In this document: piece by piece, positions 29,052-38,287 of the stretch
Layout: each line of letters opens with the position of its first letter
How positions within the stretch are numbered: position 1 is the stretch's first letter
Source of the DNA: Candidatus Moraniibacteriota bacterium
GTDB lineage: Bacteria; Patescibacteriota; Minisyncoccia; Moranbacterales; UBA1568
Assembly (NCBI GenBank): GCA_016699425.1
Contig: CP064975.1
Location: forward strand, 66,979 to 130,978
Reading direction: 5' to 3'
DNA: 64,000 nucleotides
The notes under the pieces: model-generated
What the model was told of the DNA's origin: nothing
The model's database searches: none
The model's input: only the letters and a program-made list of their open reading frames with translations
Translations under genes and position numbers: made by a program

Positions 29052-31910
29052 ATGAAATACGACCCGAAAAAGATTGAAAAGAAGTGGCAGGGATATTGGG
29101 CTGCCCAGGGGACATTTCGCCAGTATCGGCGTCCCAAGAAGCAGTATGTTCTGGATATGTTTCCGTACCCATCCGGGGCCGGGCTGCATGTTGGGCATCC
29201 CAAAGGCTACATCGCAACGGACGTTTACTCGCGTTTCAAGCAGCTCCAAGGCTATGGCGTGCTGCACCCGATGGGGTGGGATGCATTCGGTTTGCCGGCC
29301 GAGCAGTATGCGATCAAGAACCAGGTCCATCCGGCTGTGGCGGTCAAGAAAAATATCGCAACCTTCAAGAAGCAACTGGAAAGAATTGGCTTCACCTACG
29401 ATTGGGAACGCGAGATCAACACGACCGATCCGGAATATTATAAGTGGACACAGTGGATATTCCTCCAGATGTTCAAGAAAGGATTGGCGTATCAATCTTT
29501 CGATCCCATCAATTGGTGTCCGTCGTGTCAGACAGGGCTGGCCAATGAAGACTTGGAAGAAGGGCGCTGCGAGCGCTGCAACAGTCTGGTGGAAAAGCGG
29601 CCGATGCGCCAGTGGGTGCTCCGGATTACGGCGTACGCTGACAAAATGCTGCGAGATTTGAAGAAGCTCGACTGGCCGGATGGTGTGAAAGAGGCACAAA
29701 AAAATTGGATTGGTCGTTCGGAAGGGGTGGAGGTTACTTTTTATGTTGCGGATTCCGAAGAAGAAGTCTGCGTATTTACGACGCGTATCGACACGATCTA
29801 TGGCTGTACCTATGTGGTGGTGGCGCCAGAACATGAATTACTGAAGAAGCTCGAAGAACGAGTTACGAATTACGATGAGGTAAAAAAATACTTAGAGCAG
29901 ACGAAGAAGAAAACTGATCTGGAGCGGACGGAACTCAATAAGGAGAAGACTGGCGTGAAGCTCGATGGCATCGAGGCGGTCAATCCGTTCACAGGCGAGA
30001 AGGTGCCGGTGTATACAGCGGACTATGTGCTTGGATCGTATGGGACGGGGGCGGTGATGGCAGTGCCAGGGCACGATGAACGTGATTTTGAGTTTGCGAA
30101 AAAGCATGATTTGCCGTCAAAATCTGTCATAGCCCCGTATATCAAACTGACGGGAGACTTTGCGCCGAGAAAAAATAAGACAACGACGACGCGCGAATGC
30201 GTAACGGGAATAGTCTTGAGTGAGAACGGAGATAAAGTTCTTATGCTGAGACGGAAGAAAGACAGCATGCATGTGTTTCCTGGCGGAGGAGTAGAAGCGG
30301 GGGAATCGTCAGAGGCAGCCATGATGCGAGAAATCCGAGAGGAAACTGGTTACACGGATTTTGAGATTATTCGAGTGATTACACCGCGTCTGTATGGACT
30401 TGGGTATAAGGCACACAAGGATGTGAACTGTTTCGATCCGGACACGGTATTCGAGATTCGTCTGAAATCAGAAAAGGGAGAAGAGATGGCCGAAGAGGAA
30501 CATCAGACACATGAGGTACTCTGGGTAGAAAAGGAAAAGGTAGGCGATTTGCCGCGATTTGCTGATCATCATGAATACATGTGGAAAATGTTCCATGGAG
30601 GTAAAGAATCATTCTGCAATGACGGTATCGTTTTTGATTCGGGTGAATTTACCGGGTTGGAGTCTACTGAAGCGCGGAAAAAGATGACAGCGTGGCTCGT
30701 GAAGGAGAAGCTTGGGAAGAAAAAGGTGAATTACAAGATGCGGGATTGGGTGTTCAGCCGGCAGCGCTATTGGGGCGAGCCGATCCCACTCATTCATTGT
30801 GAACGCTGTGGTGTCGTGCCGGTGCCGGAAAAAGAACTTCCGGTGAGGCTTCCGAATGTAAAGAGTTATGAGCCGACAGGAACCGGAGAGTCTCCGCTCG
30901 CCGGTATCGCATCATGGGTGAATGTGAAGTGTCCGAAATGTACGGGGCCAGCCAAGCGCGAGACCAACACGATGCCGCAGTGGGCGGGATCGTCGTGGTA
31001 CTATCTCCGATTTCTCGATCCGCACAATCAGAGAGCCTTGGTGAGTAAGCAGAAGGAAAAACAGTGGATGCCCGTCGATGTTTATGTCGGTGGCGATCAC
31101 GCGACGCGGCATCTCATCTATGCACGTTTCTGGCACAAATTTCTCTATGATCAGGGCGTGGTGAGTACGCCGGAACCGTTCAAACGCCTGGAATTTCTGG
31201 GACTGATCCTCGCCTCCGATGGACGAAAGATGTCGAAGCGGTGGGGAAATGTCATCAATCCGGACGATGTCGTGGCTTTGTTCGGAGCGGACGCCTTCCG
31301 TCTGTACGAGATGTTCATGGGGCCCTTTACCCAGTCGATCGCCTGGAATACGGATGGGGTCGTCGGCACGCGGCGATTTCTCGAAAAGATCTGGAAGCTT
31401 CAAGGAAAACTTACAACCAACAACCAACAACCAACAACCAGAGATAGAATAATCGAGAGTCTATTGCACAAAACCACGAAAAAAGTGACCGAGGACATCG
31501 AAGCGTTCAAGTTCAATACGGCGATCAGTAGCCTGATGATATTGGTCAACGAAATGGAGAAAACTCCTGCGTTACCGGTCACCAGCTATCGATCGCTCCT
31601 GATTCTCCTCGCTCCGTTCGCGCCGCATATCGCCGAAGAACTCTGGAGCGGGCTCGGTGAAAAGAAGTCTGTCTTCCTCGCGGCGTGGCCAAAGTATGAT
31701 CCGAGGCAAATCCGCGAGGAGACGAAGATCATCGGTGTGCAGGTGAATGGGAAAGTCCGCGGCACGATCGAGCTGGCCGTCGATGCGACCGAAGCTGAGG
31801 CGAGAGCACTCGCACTCGCTGATCCAAAGGTGCAGGCTTTCACCGAAGGAAAATCAATCCGGAAATGTATCTATGTCCCGGGCCGCATCCTCAATTTTGT
31901 CATCGTCTGA
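29052..31910 (+). CDS. leuS: leucine--tRNA ligase with internal Nudix-domain insertion
   Basis: HIGH (HVGHPKGY), editing-site TTRIDT, KMSKR motif; an extra ~130 aa block with a Nudix box sits between AVPGHDERDFEFAKKH and DSGEFTGL. Confidence 0.95.
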   Translation: MKYDPKKIEKKWQGYWAAQGTFRQYRRPKKQYVLDMFPYPSGAGLHVGHPKGYIATDVYSRFKQLQGYGVLHPMGWDAFGLPAEQYAIKNQVHPAVAVKKNIATFKKQLERIGFTYDWEREINTTDPEYYKWTQWIFLQMFKKGLAYQSFDPINWCPSCQTGLANEDLEEGRCERCNSLVEKRPMRQWVLRITAYADKMLRDLKKLDWPDGVKEAQKNWIGRSEGVEVTFYVADSEEEVCVFTTRIDTIYGCTYVVVAPEHELLKKLEERVTNYDEVKKYLEQTKKKTDLERTELNKEKTGVKLDGIEAVNPFTGEKVPVYTADYVLGSYGTGAVMAVPGHDERDFEFAKKHDLPSKSVIAPYIKLTGDFAPRKNKTTTTRECVTGIVLSENGDKVLMLRRKKDSMHVFPGGGVEAGESSEAAMMREIREETGYTDFEIIRVITPRLYGLGYKAHKDVNCFDPDTVFEIRLKSEKGEEMAEEEHQTHEVLWVEKEKVGDLPRFADHHEYMWKMFHGGKESFCNDGIVFDSGEFTGLESTEARKKMTAWLVKEKLGKKKVNYKMRDWVFSRQRYWGEPIPLIHCERCGVVPVPEKELPVRLPNVKSYEPTGTGESPLAGIASWVNVKCPKCTGPAKRETNTMPQWAGSSWYYLRFLDPHNQRALVSKQKEKQWMPVDVYVGGDHATRHLIYARFWHKFLYDQGVVSTPEPFKRLEFLGLILASDGRKMSKRWGNVINPDDVVALFGADAFRLYEMFMGPFTQSIAWNTDGVVGTRRFLEKIWKLQGKLTTNNQQPTTRDRIIESLLHKTTKKVTEDIEAFKFNTAISSLMILVNEMEKTPALPVTSYRSLLILLAPFAPHIAEELWSGLGEKKSVFLAAWPKYDPRQIREETKIIGVQVNGKVRGTIELAVDATEAEARALALADPKVQAFTEGKSIRKCIYVPGRILNFVIV

Positions 31911-31959
31911 GAGTAGCGTAGTCCTGACACGGCCTCGGCTTTGCGATATACTTGACCCT

Positions 31960-32631
31960 ATGCACTCCATTATCCCAGAACTGTTACCACTCGATCGGCC
32001 GCTGATTGTCTTCGATCTCGAGACGACCGGGTTGTCTGCGGGCGAGGACAAGATCATCGAGCTCGCGTATGAGAAGATCATGCCGAATGGCAGCGTCACG
32101 GCGCATGTCCACCGAATCAACCCTGGCCGGCCGATCCCGCCGGAAGCGAGCGCGATAAATGGCATCTCAGACGCAGATGTGGCGGATGCACCGAGCTTTG
32201 CCAAGCTTTCGTATGCACTGTGGAGCGCCTTCGAGGGGGCGGATGTCGGCGGTTTCAATATCACTGGCTTTGACCTCCCTTTCCTGAAGACGGAATTCGC
32301 TTCAGTCGGGAAAAGCTTCGATTATCTCTCGAAAAAAATTCTCGATGCCAAGATTCTTTACCACAAGATGGAACGGCGTGACATGTTCGCGCCGCGCAAC
32401 CTGAGTGCAGCCTACAAGCTTTACTGCGGCAAAGAGCATACGACCGCGCATACCGGAGCGGGTGATGTGCGGGTGACGGTCGAGGTGCTCGAAGAGGAAT
32501 TGCGTCGGTATCCGGAATTCCGCGATTGGAAGTATCTCGCCGAGCTCCATGGGAATAAAGATCTCCTTGAATCGGCCAAGACTGAACACGCGAGCCTCGA
32601 GGACACGCTGCGCGCCAATACGCTCTTTTGA
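31960..32631 (+). CDS. DnaQ-like 3'-5' exonuclease (DEDDh family)
   Basis: Exo I motif FDLETTGL, a later HTAHTGAGD Exo III-like motif; the start was set to ATG at 31960, avoiding overlap with leuS. Confidence 0.8.
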   Translation: MHSIIPELLPLDRPLIVFDLETTGLSAGEDKIIELAYEKIMPNGSVTAHVHRINPGRPIPPEASAINGISDADVADAPSFAKLSYALWSAFEGADVGGFNITGFDLPFLKTEFASVGKSFDYLSKKILDAKILYHKMERRDMFAPRNLSAAYKLYCGKEHTTAHTGAGDVRVTVEVLEEELRRYPEFRDWKYLAELHGNKDLLESAKTEHASLEDTLRANTLF

Positions 32632-32640
32632 TCAAATCAT

Positions 32641-33405
32641 ATGGATAGTCTCGATGCGATCATTCTCGGCGTCGTCGAAGGTCTGACGGAATTTTTGCCG
32701 ATTTCCTCGACCGGTCATCTCGTGCTCGTCTCGCATCTCCTCGGATTGTCGGAAACGGATTTCTTGAAGTCATTTGAGGTGGTCATTCAACTTGGGGCCA
32801 TCCTCGCGGTGGTCACACTCTATTGGCGGAAACTTCTCTTTGATCGGGCAGTGATGCAGCGTATTGTGGTCGCGCTCCTCCCGGCGCTTGGCGTGGGGTA
32901 TCTCTTCTACGCGACGATCCGCTCACTGCTCGTGTCACAGCTGACCGTGGTCATAGCGCTGTTTGTCGGCGGCGTAATCCTCATACTGTTTGAACGGTAT
33001 CGCCAGGAACCGACGAATCCGGCCGCGGTGGAAACGTTGACATACAAGCAAGCCCTCCTGATAGGACTCGCTCAGGCGCTCTCGGTCGTGCCGGGCGTGT
33101 CGCGCGCCGGAGCGACGATTGTCGGTGGGCTCGCGACCGGACTTTCTCGGTCAGCGGCAGTGGAGTTCTCGTTTCTCCTTGGCGTACCGACGATGGTCGC
33201 AGCCACGACCTTGGATGTTGTGAAACATCATGCTGATTTCTCGCTCGCAGATATTCAATCACTCGCCATCGGTCTCATTGTTTCCTTCCTCGTGGCTCTC
33301 GTCGCGATCAAATTCCTGCTTCGCTATGTCGAGACCCATTCCTTTGTTGCTTTCGGTGTGTATCGTATCCTCGTCGCGGTCCTCTTTACCCTCATCATCC
33401 TCTAG
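32641..33405 (+). CDS. uppP: undecaprenyl-diphosphatase
   Basis: VEGLTEFLPISSTGHL signature and 8 TM helices. Confidence 0.9.
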   Translation: MDSLDAIILGVVEGLTEFLPISSTGHLVLVSHLLGLSETDFLKSFEVVIQLGAILAVVTLYWRKLLFDRAVMQRIVVALLPALGVGYLFYATIRSLLVSQLTVVIALFVGGVILILFERYRQEPTNPAAVETLTYKQALLIGLAQALSVVPGVSRAGATIVGGLATGLSRSAAVEFSFLLGVPTMVAATTLDVVKHHADFSLADIQSLAIGLIVSFLVALVAIKFLLRYVETHSFVAFGVYRILVAVLFTLIIL

Positions 33406-33410
33406 GGCTT

Positions 33411-34262
33411 ATGCAACCGATTCTCGGAAAACCAATTGCCGAGCAGTTACTGCAGACGGCCGCCGAACGTATCCGTTCACAGAGCGTGACGCCAGGCCTC
33501 GCAGCTATCCTCGTGGGAGGAAACCCGGCTTCACAGATTTATGTCGGACTGAAGGCTAAGGCGGCTCAATCGGTCGGGGTGTATTTCGAGAAACAGGTAC
33601 TCCCGGTGACCGCAACGACCACTGAAGTCCAGGCAGTGGTACGCTCGCTCAATGGACGACCAGACATCCATGGCATCATCGTCCAATTGCCACTCCCTGA
33701 GTCGATTGATGCGGACAGAGTGATCGCGACTATCCAACCGACGAAAGACGTAGATGGGTTTCATCCAGAGACAGTGGCGCGGTTCCTGACTGGCACATCA
33801 TCGGTGCCACCGGTTTTCCCACGGGCTATCCTCGCCCTGCTCCAGAATACGGGCGTGCCGCTTGAGGGGAAACGAGCATGTGTTTTCGCGAACTCGCCTT
33901 TGTTTGCTCGTGTCATGGCGATAGCTCTCGGCCGTCTAGGTGTCCAGGCCGATGACAATCTCAGTCACACCCCGACCGAGATGGCAGCGAAGCTCGGCCT
34001 GGCCGATATCATCATCACTGCCACGGGCAACCCACATTCCATCACCGGGAGTATGGTCCGTCCAGGAGCGATCATCATCGATGGTGGGATCACACGAACC
34101 GGCGAGCAAGTGATGGGGGATACGGATCCTGAGAGTTTCGTCCGGCTTGAGGGGTATCTCACCCCTGTCCCGGGTGGCGTGGGTCCAGTGACAGTCGCGC
34201 TCCTCATCGCGCGCGTGACCGAACTCGCATTGGGCGATAGTCACGAGGAGAGTATACTGTAG
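33411..34262 (+). CDS. folD: bifunctional methylenetetrahydrofolate dehydrogenase/cyclohydrolase
   Basis: Conserved GKPIAEQL...AAILVGGNPASQIYVGLKAKA and the TPVPGGVGPVTVA Rossmann region. Confidence 0.9.
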   Translation: MQPILGKPIAEQLLQTAAERIRSQSVTPGLAAILVGGNPASQIYVGLKAKAAQSVGVYFEKQVLPVTATTTEVQAVVRSLNGRPDIHGIIVQLPLPESIDADRVIATIQPTKDVDGFHPETVARFLTGTSSVPPVFPRAILALLQNTGVPLEGKRACVFANSPLFARVMAIALGRLGVQADDNLSHTPTEMAAKLGLADIIITATGNPHSITGSMVRPGAIIIDGGITRTGEQVMGDTDPESFVRLEGYLTPVPGGVGPVTVALLIARVTELALGDSHEESIL

Positions 34263-34266
34263 CTGT

Positions 34267-34782
34267 ATGACAGTCAGGAAAACAAATCTTAAAGGATCAA
34301 CGCTCGGTTTTTCTCTCATGCTGCTTTCGCTGCTCCTGTTTTCGGGGATCACGCTCCTCAGCGTTTCGGTTTTGGAGCGGAAAGCGAGTTTCGCGACGCA
34401 GAAGTCCGTCATCGCGTTTCAGGCGGCGGATAGCGGCGCGGAACGTGTCTTGAAACGCATCTATATCGATAATTCGCCGCTGATCGCTTCTGTGCCAATC
34501 AATGGTCCGATGCCGGATAGCACACTAAACACCCTGGCTGGCAACCTGTCTTCTGTATCTAGTGCGAGCTGTTCGAGCGGTGTGATCAGTGCAACCAATA
34601 CCAACAGTCCCGCATCGTCAAGTCCGAATTACACCTTTCAGGTCACGTTCTTTGATAGCACTGGTACGGCCATCACTTGTTCGGCGACCGACTGGCGCGA
34701 CAAAGTGGTCCGAATCCGATCGGAAGGATTCTTTCAACGGACTTCGCGGGCGATCGAAGTCGGAATCCGCGCCCGAAAATAA
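34267..34782 (+). CDS. type IV pilus minor pilin-like protein (PilX-N-like)
   Basis: N-terminus LKGSTLGFSLMLLSLLLFSGITLLSVSVLERKAS resembles the prepilin hydrophobic segment; the Glu at +5 is replaced. Confidence 0.45.
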   Translation: MTVRKTNLKGSTLGFSLMLLSLLLFSGITLLSVSVLERKASFATQKSVIAFQAADSGAERVLKRIYIDNSPLIASVPINGPMPDSTLNTLAGNLSSVSSASCSSGVISATNTNSPASSSPNYTFQVTFFDSTGTAITCSATDWRDKVVRIRSEGFFQRTSRAIEVGIRARK

Positions 34783-34938
34783 ACGAGCACTTTGCTTCGG
34801 ATAGATAAACAGGTTTCAATTGTATTTGTGCCGCGGGAGACCCTCCGCCGCTCTTCGAGCCTTGGACGGGCAGGGACTCTCCAACTTGAAACCGTCTGCT
34901 TGGAGTGAAAGTTTTTTGTGGGCGAGGAGGGACTTGAA

Positions 34939-35020
34939 CCCTCACAGTATTGCTACTATTGGATTTTGCCCTCCCAAGGCGGGTAAAAGTCCAACATTTC
35001 TTCGGTGCCGCGGGAGAGAC
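34939..35020 (-). tRNA. tRNA-like 3' fragment / degenerate type-II tRNA (T-arm + acceptor 3' strand intact, 5' half does not fold)
   Basis: The reverse complement reads ...AATAGTAGCAATACTGT GAGGG TTCAAGT CCCTC CTCGCCC A; no matching 5' acceptor strand or canonical anticodon arm could be found. Confidence 0.35.
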
Positions 35021-35025
35021 TCGAA

Positions 35026-35108
35026 CTCTCATGATATTGCTATCGCGGGATTTTGAGTCCCGTGTGTCTACCATTCCACCACCGCGGCATGTGTCTGGAG
35101 CATTGCCA
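35026..35108 (-). tRNA. tRNA-Leu (anticodon CAA), type II
   Basis: Hand fold: GCCGCGG-TG-GTGG AATGGTAGA CAC-A-CGGGA CTCAAAA TCCCG-CGATAGCAATATCATGA-GAGAG TTCGAGT CTCTC-CCGCGGC-A. The acceptor stem is perfect, the long variable arm has a GCAA loop, and CCA is not fully encoded. Confidence 0.8.
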
Positions 35109-35260
35109 GAAAAGGCTCTCTTTAGGGAAGAGTAGGCAATTGATAGAGTGTTGTCAATGGAATATAATGGAACCAACAACCCACGACTCACAACCTACAA
35201 TCGGAAAGGGTGAGGATTATTTTTTTGTTGGTTATCGGATATAAGTTGTAGGTTAATTTC

Positions 35261-36052
35261 ATGGCCAAAGTCATCGCGTTTGTGAACCAGAAAGGCGGGG
35301 TGGGGAAGACCACGACCACCATCAATGTCGCTCGCTATCTCGCGGAGGCGGGGAAGCGCGTCCTGTTGGTCGACCTCGATCCACAGGGCAATGCCTCGTC
35401 GGGCCTGGGGGTGCATATCCGGAATCTGGAAAAGAATCTGTACCATTCGATGATTATGGGGCTGCCCACCACTGAGATCATCCTCGATATCGGTATCCCG
35501 AATCTCTACCTCATCCCGGCGGCGCAGGACTTGGCAGGGGCTGAGATCGAGATGGTCCATATCGCTGAACGCGAGTTTCGTCTCTACCAGGTCATTCGTC
35601 AGATCCGTTCGGAGTTTGACTATATCCTCATCGACTCTCCGCCGTCCCTCGGTCTCCTCACGGTGAACGGGCTCGTCGCGAGTGATGGCGTCATCGTGCC
35701 GGTGCAGACCGAGTACTACGCGCTCGAAGGTTTGTCCCAACTTCTCGGCACGATCGAGCTCGTCCGGGAACACCTGCAGCCGAATCTGAAGATCTTCGGT
35801 GCGCTCCTCACCCTCTTCGACCGTCGGAATCGGCTGGCGCGACAGGTCGTCGAAGAAGTCAGGCGTCATTTTCCTGGTCCCGTTTTCGACTCGGTCATCC
35901 CGCGCTCCGTTCGTCTCGCCGAGGCGCCGAGTTTCGGCAAGTCCATCCTCGACTTCGATGCGTTTTCCAAAGGTGCCCGAGCCTACAAATCCGTCGCGCG
36001 TGAGATCATCGCCCGCGAAGAAGCCGAACACGACAGCGCTAAAGTGGTATAG
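35261..36052 (+). CDS. parA: chromosome partitioning ATPase ParA/Soj
   Basis: Deviant Walker A KGGVGKTTT. Confidence 0.9.
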   Translation: MAKVIAFVNQKGGVGKTTTTINVARYLAEAGKRVLLVDLDPQGNASSGLGVHIRNLEKNLYHSMIMGLPTTEIILDIGIPNLYLIPAAQDLAGAEIEMVHIAEREFRLYQVIRQIRSEFDYILIDSPPSLGLLTVNGLVASDGVIVPVQTEYYALEGLSQLLGTIELVREHLQPNLKIFGALLTLFDRRNRLARQVVEEVRRHFPGPVFDSVIPRSVRLAEAPSFGKSILDFDAFSKGARAYKSVAREIIAREEAEHDSAKVV

Positions 36053-36104
36053 TAGAGAGGATCACGTGTTTGATTATTGAGATTTTCATTTTACATTGAC
36101 CGAT

Positions 36105-37025
36105 ATGGCCCAGCAGTATGGACTCGGACGGGGATTGGCATCGCTCATCCCGCCGAAGCGAAATCCAGTATCTGACCCCGCTCAGCCAGTGGCGATTGGT
36201 GACATCCCGGTTTCGGCACTTCCACCGACCACTGTCTCACATCCCGATGTCCCGCTGACGCGAGAGGTCGCCATCGGTGATATCATCCCGAACCCGCATC
36301 AGCCCAGGCTGCATTTCGACGAAGCCAAACTCACCGAACTCGCTGACTCTATCAGGGAACACGGTGTCCTGCAGCCACTGGTCGTATCGGCCCTCGGTGA
36401 TGGGAAGTACGAGCTCATCGCGGGGGAACGACGGCTGCAGGCGGCCAAGCGAGTCGGCCTCGCCACGGTCCCGGTCGTCATCCGCGAGACGTCGGGTGAT
36501 CAGGAAAAGCTTGAGCTCGCCATCATCGAGAATATCCAGCGGCATGACCTGAACCCGATCGAAGAGGCGAAGGCCTACTTGCGGCTCACGGATGAATTTG
36601 GCCTGCATCAGGATGCCGTCGCGAAGAAAATGGGCAAGAGCCGACCGAATATCTCCAACACACTCCGGCTCTTGACTCTCCCGGTTGAAATTCAACGGGC
36701 CATTATCGAAGGCAAGATCAGTGAAGGTCATGCCAAGGCGCTCCTCTCCATCGACAATCCGGAAAAACAGCGCGCCCTCTTTGATCTCATCATCAAGGAA
36801 GAACTGACCGTCCGTGAGACTGAGGAAAAAGCCCGTGAAGTGTCGGTCCGTTCGCATCTGCGTACGGCGCGTGAGCCAGCCCCTGAGCTCGCTGCCAAAG
36901 AGGAGTGGCTGACCGAGCAGCTCGGGACGAAGGTGAAGATCCAGCCCAAGGGCAAGGGTGGCAAGATTACGATCGAATTCTACTCGAACGAAGAACTGAA
37001 TGGCATCCTCGGAAGACTCGCGTAG
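36105..37025 (+). CDS. parB: chromosome partitioning protein ParB/Spo0J
   Basis: ParB box LIAGERRLQAAKRVGL, an HTH region, and a C-terminal dimerization domain; the start was set to ATG at 36105. Confidence 0.9.
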   Translation: MAQQYGLGRGLASLIPPKRNPVSDPAQPVAIGDIPVSALPPTTVSHPDVPLTREVAIGDIIPNPHQPRLHFDEAKLTELADSIREHGVLQPLVVSALGDGKYELIAGERRLQAAKRVGLATVPVVIRETSGDQEKLELAIIENIQRHDLNPIEEAKAYLRLTDEFGLHQDAVAKKMGKSRPNISNTLRLLTLPVEIQRAIIEGKISEGHAKALLSIDNPEKQRALFDLIIKEELTVRETEEKAREVSVRSHLRTAREPAPELAAKEEWLTEQLGTKVKIQPKGKGGKITIEFYSNEELNGILGRLA

Positions 37026-37094
37026 TTATTAGTAATTAGTTTTTAGTTGTTAGCCGCGACCGTATCTGCTAGAAACTAGCAACTAATAACTAGC
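37023..37094. repeat. AT-rich imperfect inverted repeat (~30-bp arms, 13-bp spacer) between parB and the LamG gene
   Basis: TAGTTATTAGTAATTAGTTTTTAGTTGTTAGC ... GCTAGAAACTAGCAACTAATAACTAGC; could be a terminator or a protein-binding site. Confidence 0.5.
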
Positions 37095-37108
37095 GAGTTG
37101 TAGCTGCC

Positions 37109-38287
37109 ATGTCCTCTTACTCTCTTACCAAATCTCGAGCGTTCCAGTATGTTGGGATATTGTTGGCGCTGGCCACCCTCGCGGCGGGTTATTGGTATTT
37201 CTCCGTTCGCGCGAGTACGCTCAATAAGTCGCCCACCAGCTCCCTCACGAGTGGTCTGGTCGGTTACTGGACCTTCGATGGAGCGGACATCAGTGGCACT
37301 ACGGCGACGGACCGGAGCGGCAATGCAAACAATGGCACCCTCACCAATGGCCCGACGAAGACCGAAGGCAAACTTGGCCAGGCTTTGTCCTTTGATGGAG
37401 TGGATTCAACGGGTGGCTACATCGGATTACCCGGAGTGGTGATGACGAACACAAACACCATTTCGATGTGGGTCAGAAAAACAAGCAGTTATTATAAAGC
37501 ATTATTCACTCAGAATGTCAGTGTAGGAATAAACTGGTTAGGAGCAAGCGGAATCTGTGGTTGGGATGGCGATCGAATTAGTTTTACATATTCGGGTTCT
37601 GAACATTGCAGCACTGGGACGGTTGTAGCGAACGAATGGACACACATCGTGATTACGAATAACGCAGGGACGGCAACGTTCTACATCAACGGCGCCCAAA
37701 GTGGAACGACAACAAGCGCCCCAGGCTTAACAGCGAATTTTATTGCGTCGGATGATGGACTGTACAATAGATTTGACGGCTCCCTCGACGAAGTCCGCAT
37801 CTACAACCGCGCGCTGTCGGCCGGCGAAGTGAAGTCGCTCTATGACCTGGGTGCATCCGACAAAGTAAACACGAGTGTCTCCCAGCTCCAAGGCACTGGC
37901 CGATTGGACTCTGGCCTCGCTGGCTACTGGAAGCTGGACGAAAACACGGGCACGAGCGCCGGCGATGCCAGTACCAATGGCAATAGTGGCACTCTGACCA
38001 ACGGCCCCACCTGGACGACGGGACAGATCAAAACAGGGGTGGACTTTGACGGCACCGATGACTACATCACGGTCGCTGATCCGGCGAGCGGGGGTGCTCG
38101 ATGCGGTGGGGGACCAATACTACACGCTGTCGGGCTGGTTCAACCGCGACACCGCCACGACGACCGACACCATCCTCGCCAAGAGCAATGGGACAGCGGA
38201 CGCCATGGGCTATCTGGTCTATCTCGATGCCACGACGGACAAGCTCGTCTTCGCTACCCGCAGTGCGTTAGGAGACAATACCCTTGA
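37109..38287 (+). CDS. LamG/concanavalin-A-like lectin repeat surface protein, N-terminal part (frame breaks near 38090)
   Basis: TM anchor followed by LamG modules (LDEVRIYNRALSAGEV); sense is lost after DYITVADPAS at a G-run. Confidence 0.6.
   Translation: MSSYSLTKSRAFQYVGILLALATLAAGYWYFSVRASTLNKSPTSSLTSGLVGYWTFDGADISGTTATDRSGNANNGTLTNGPTKTEGKLGQALSFDGVDSTGGYIGLPGVVMTNTNTISMWVRKTSSYYKALFTQNVSVGINWLGASGICGWDGDRISFTYSGSEHCSTGTVVANEWTHIVITNNAGTATFYINGAQSGTTTSAPGLTANFIASDDGLYNRFDGSLDEVRIYNRALSAGEVKSLYDLGASDKVNTSVSQLQGTGRLDSGLAGYWKLDENTGTSAGDASTNGNSGTLTNGPTWTTGQIKTGVDFDGTDDYITVADPASGGARCGGGPILHAVGLVQPRHRHDDRHHPRQEQWDSGRHGLSGLSRCHDGQARLRYPQCVRRQYP

Noticed and set aside
36040-36095. Possible parS centromere site (ATCACGTGTTTGAT) between parA and parB.
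   Set aside because: It shares only the CACGTG core with the TGTTNCACGTGAAACA consensus, it is not palindromic beyond the core, and it is a single occurrence.
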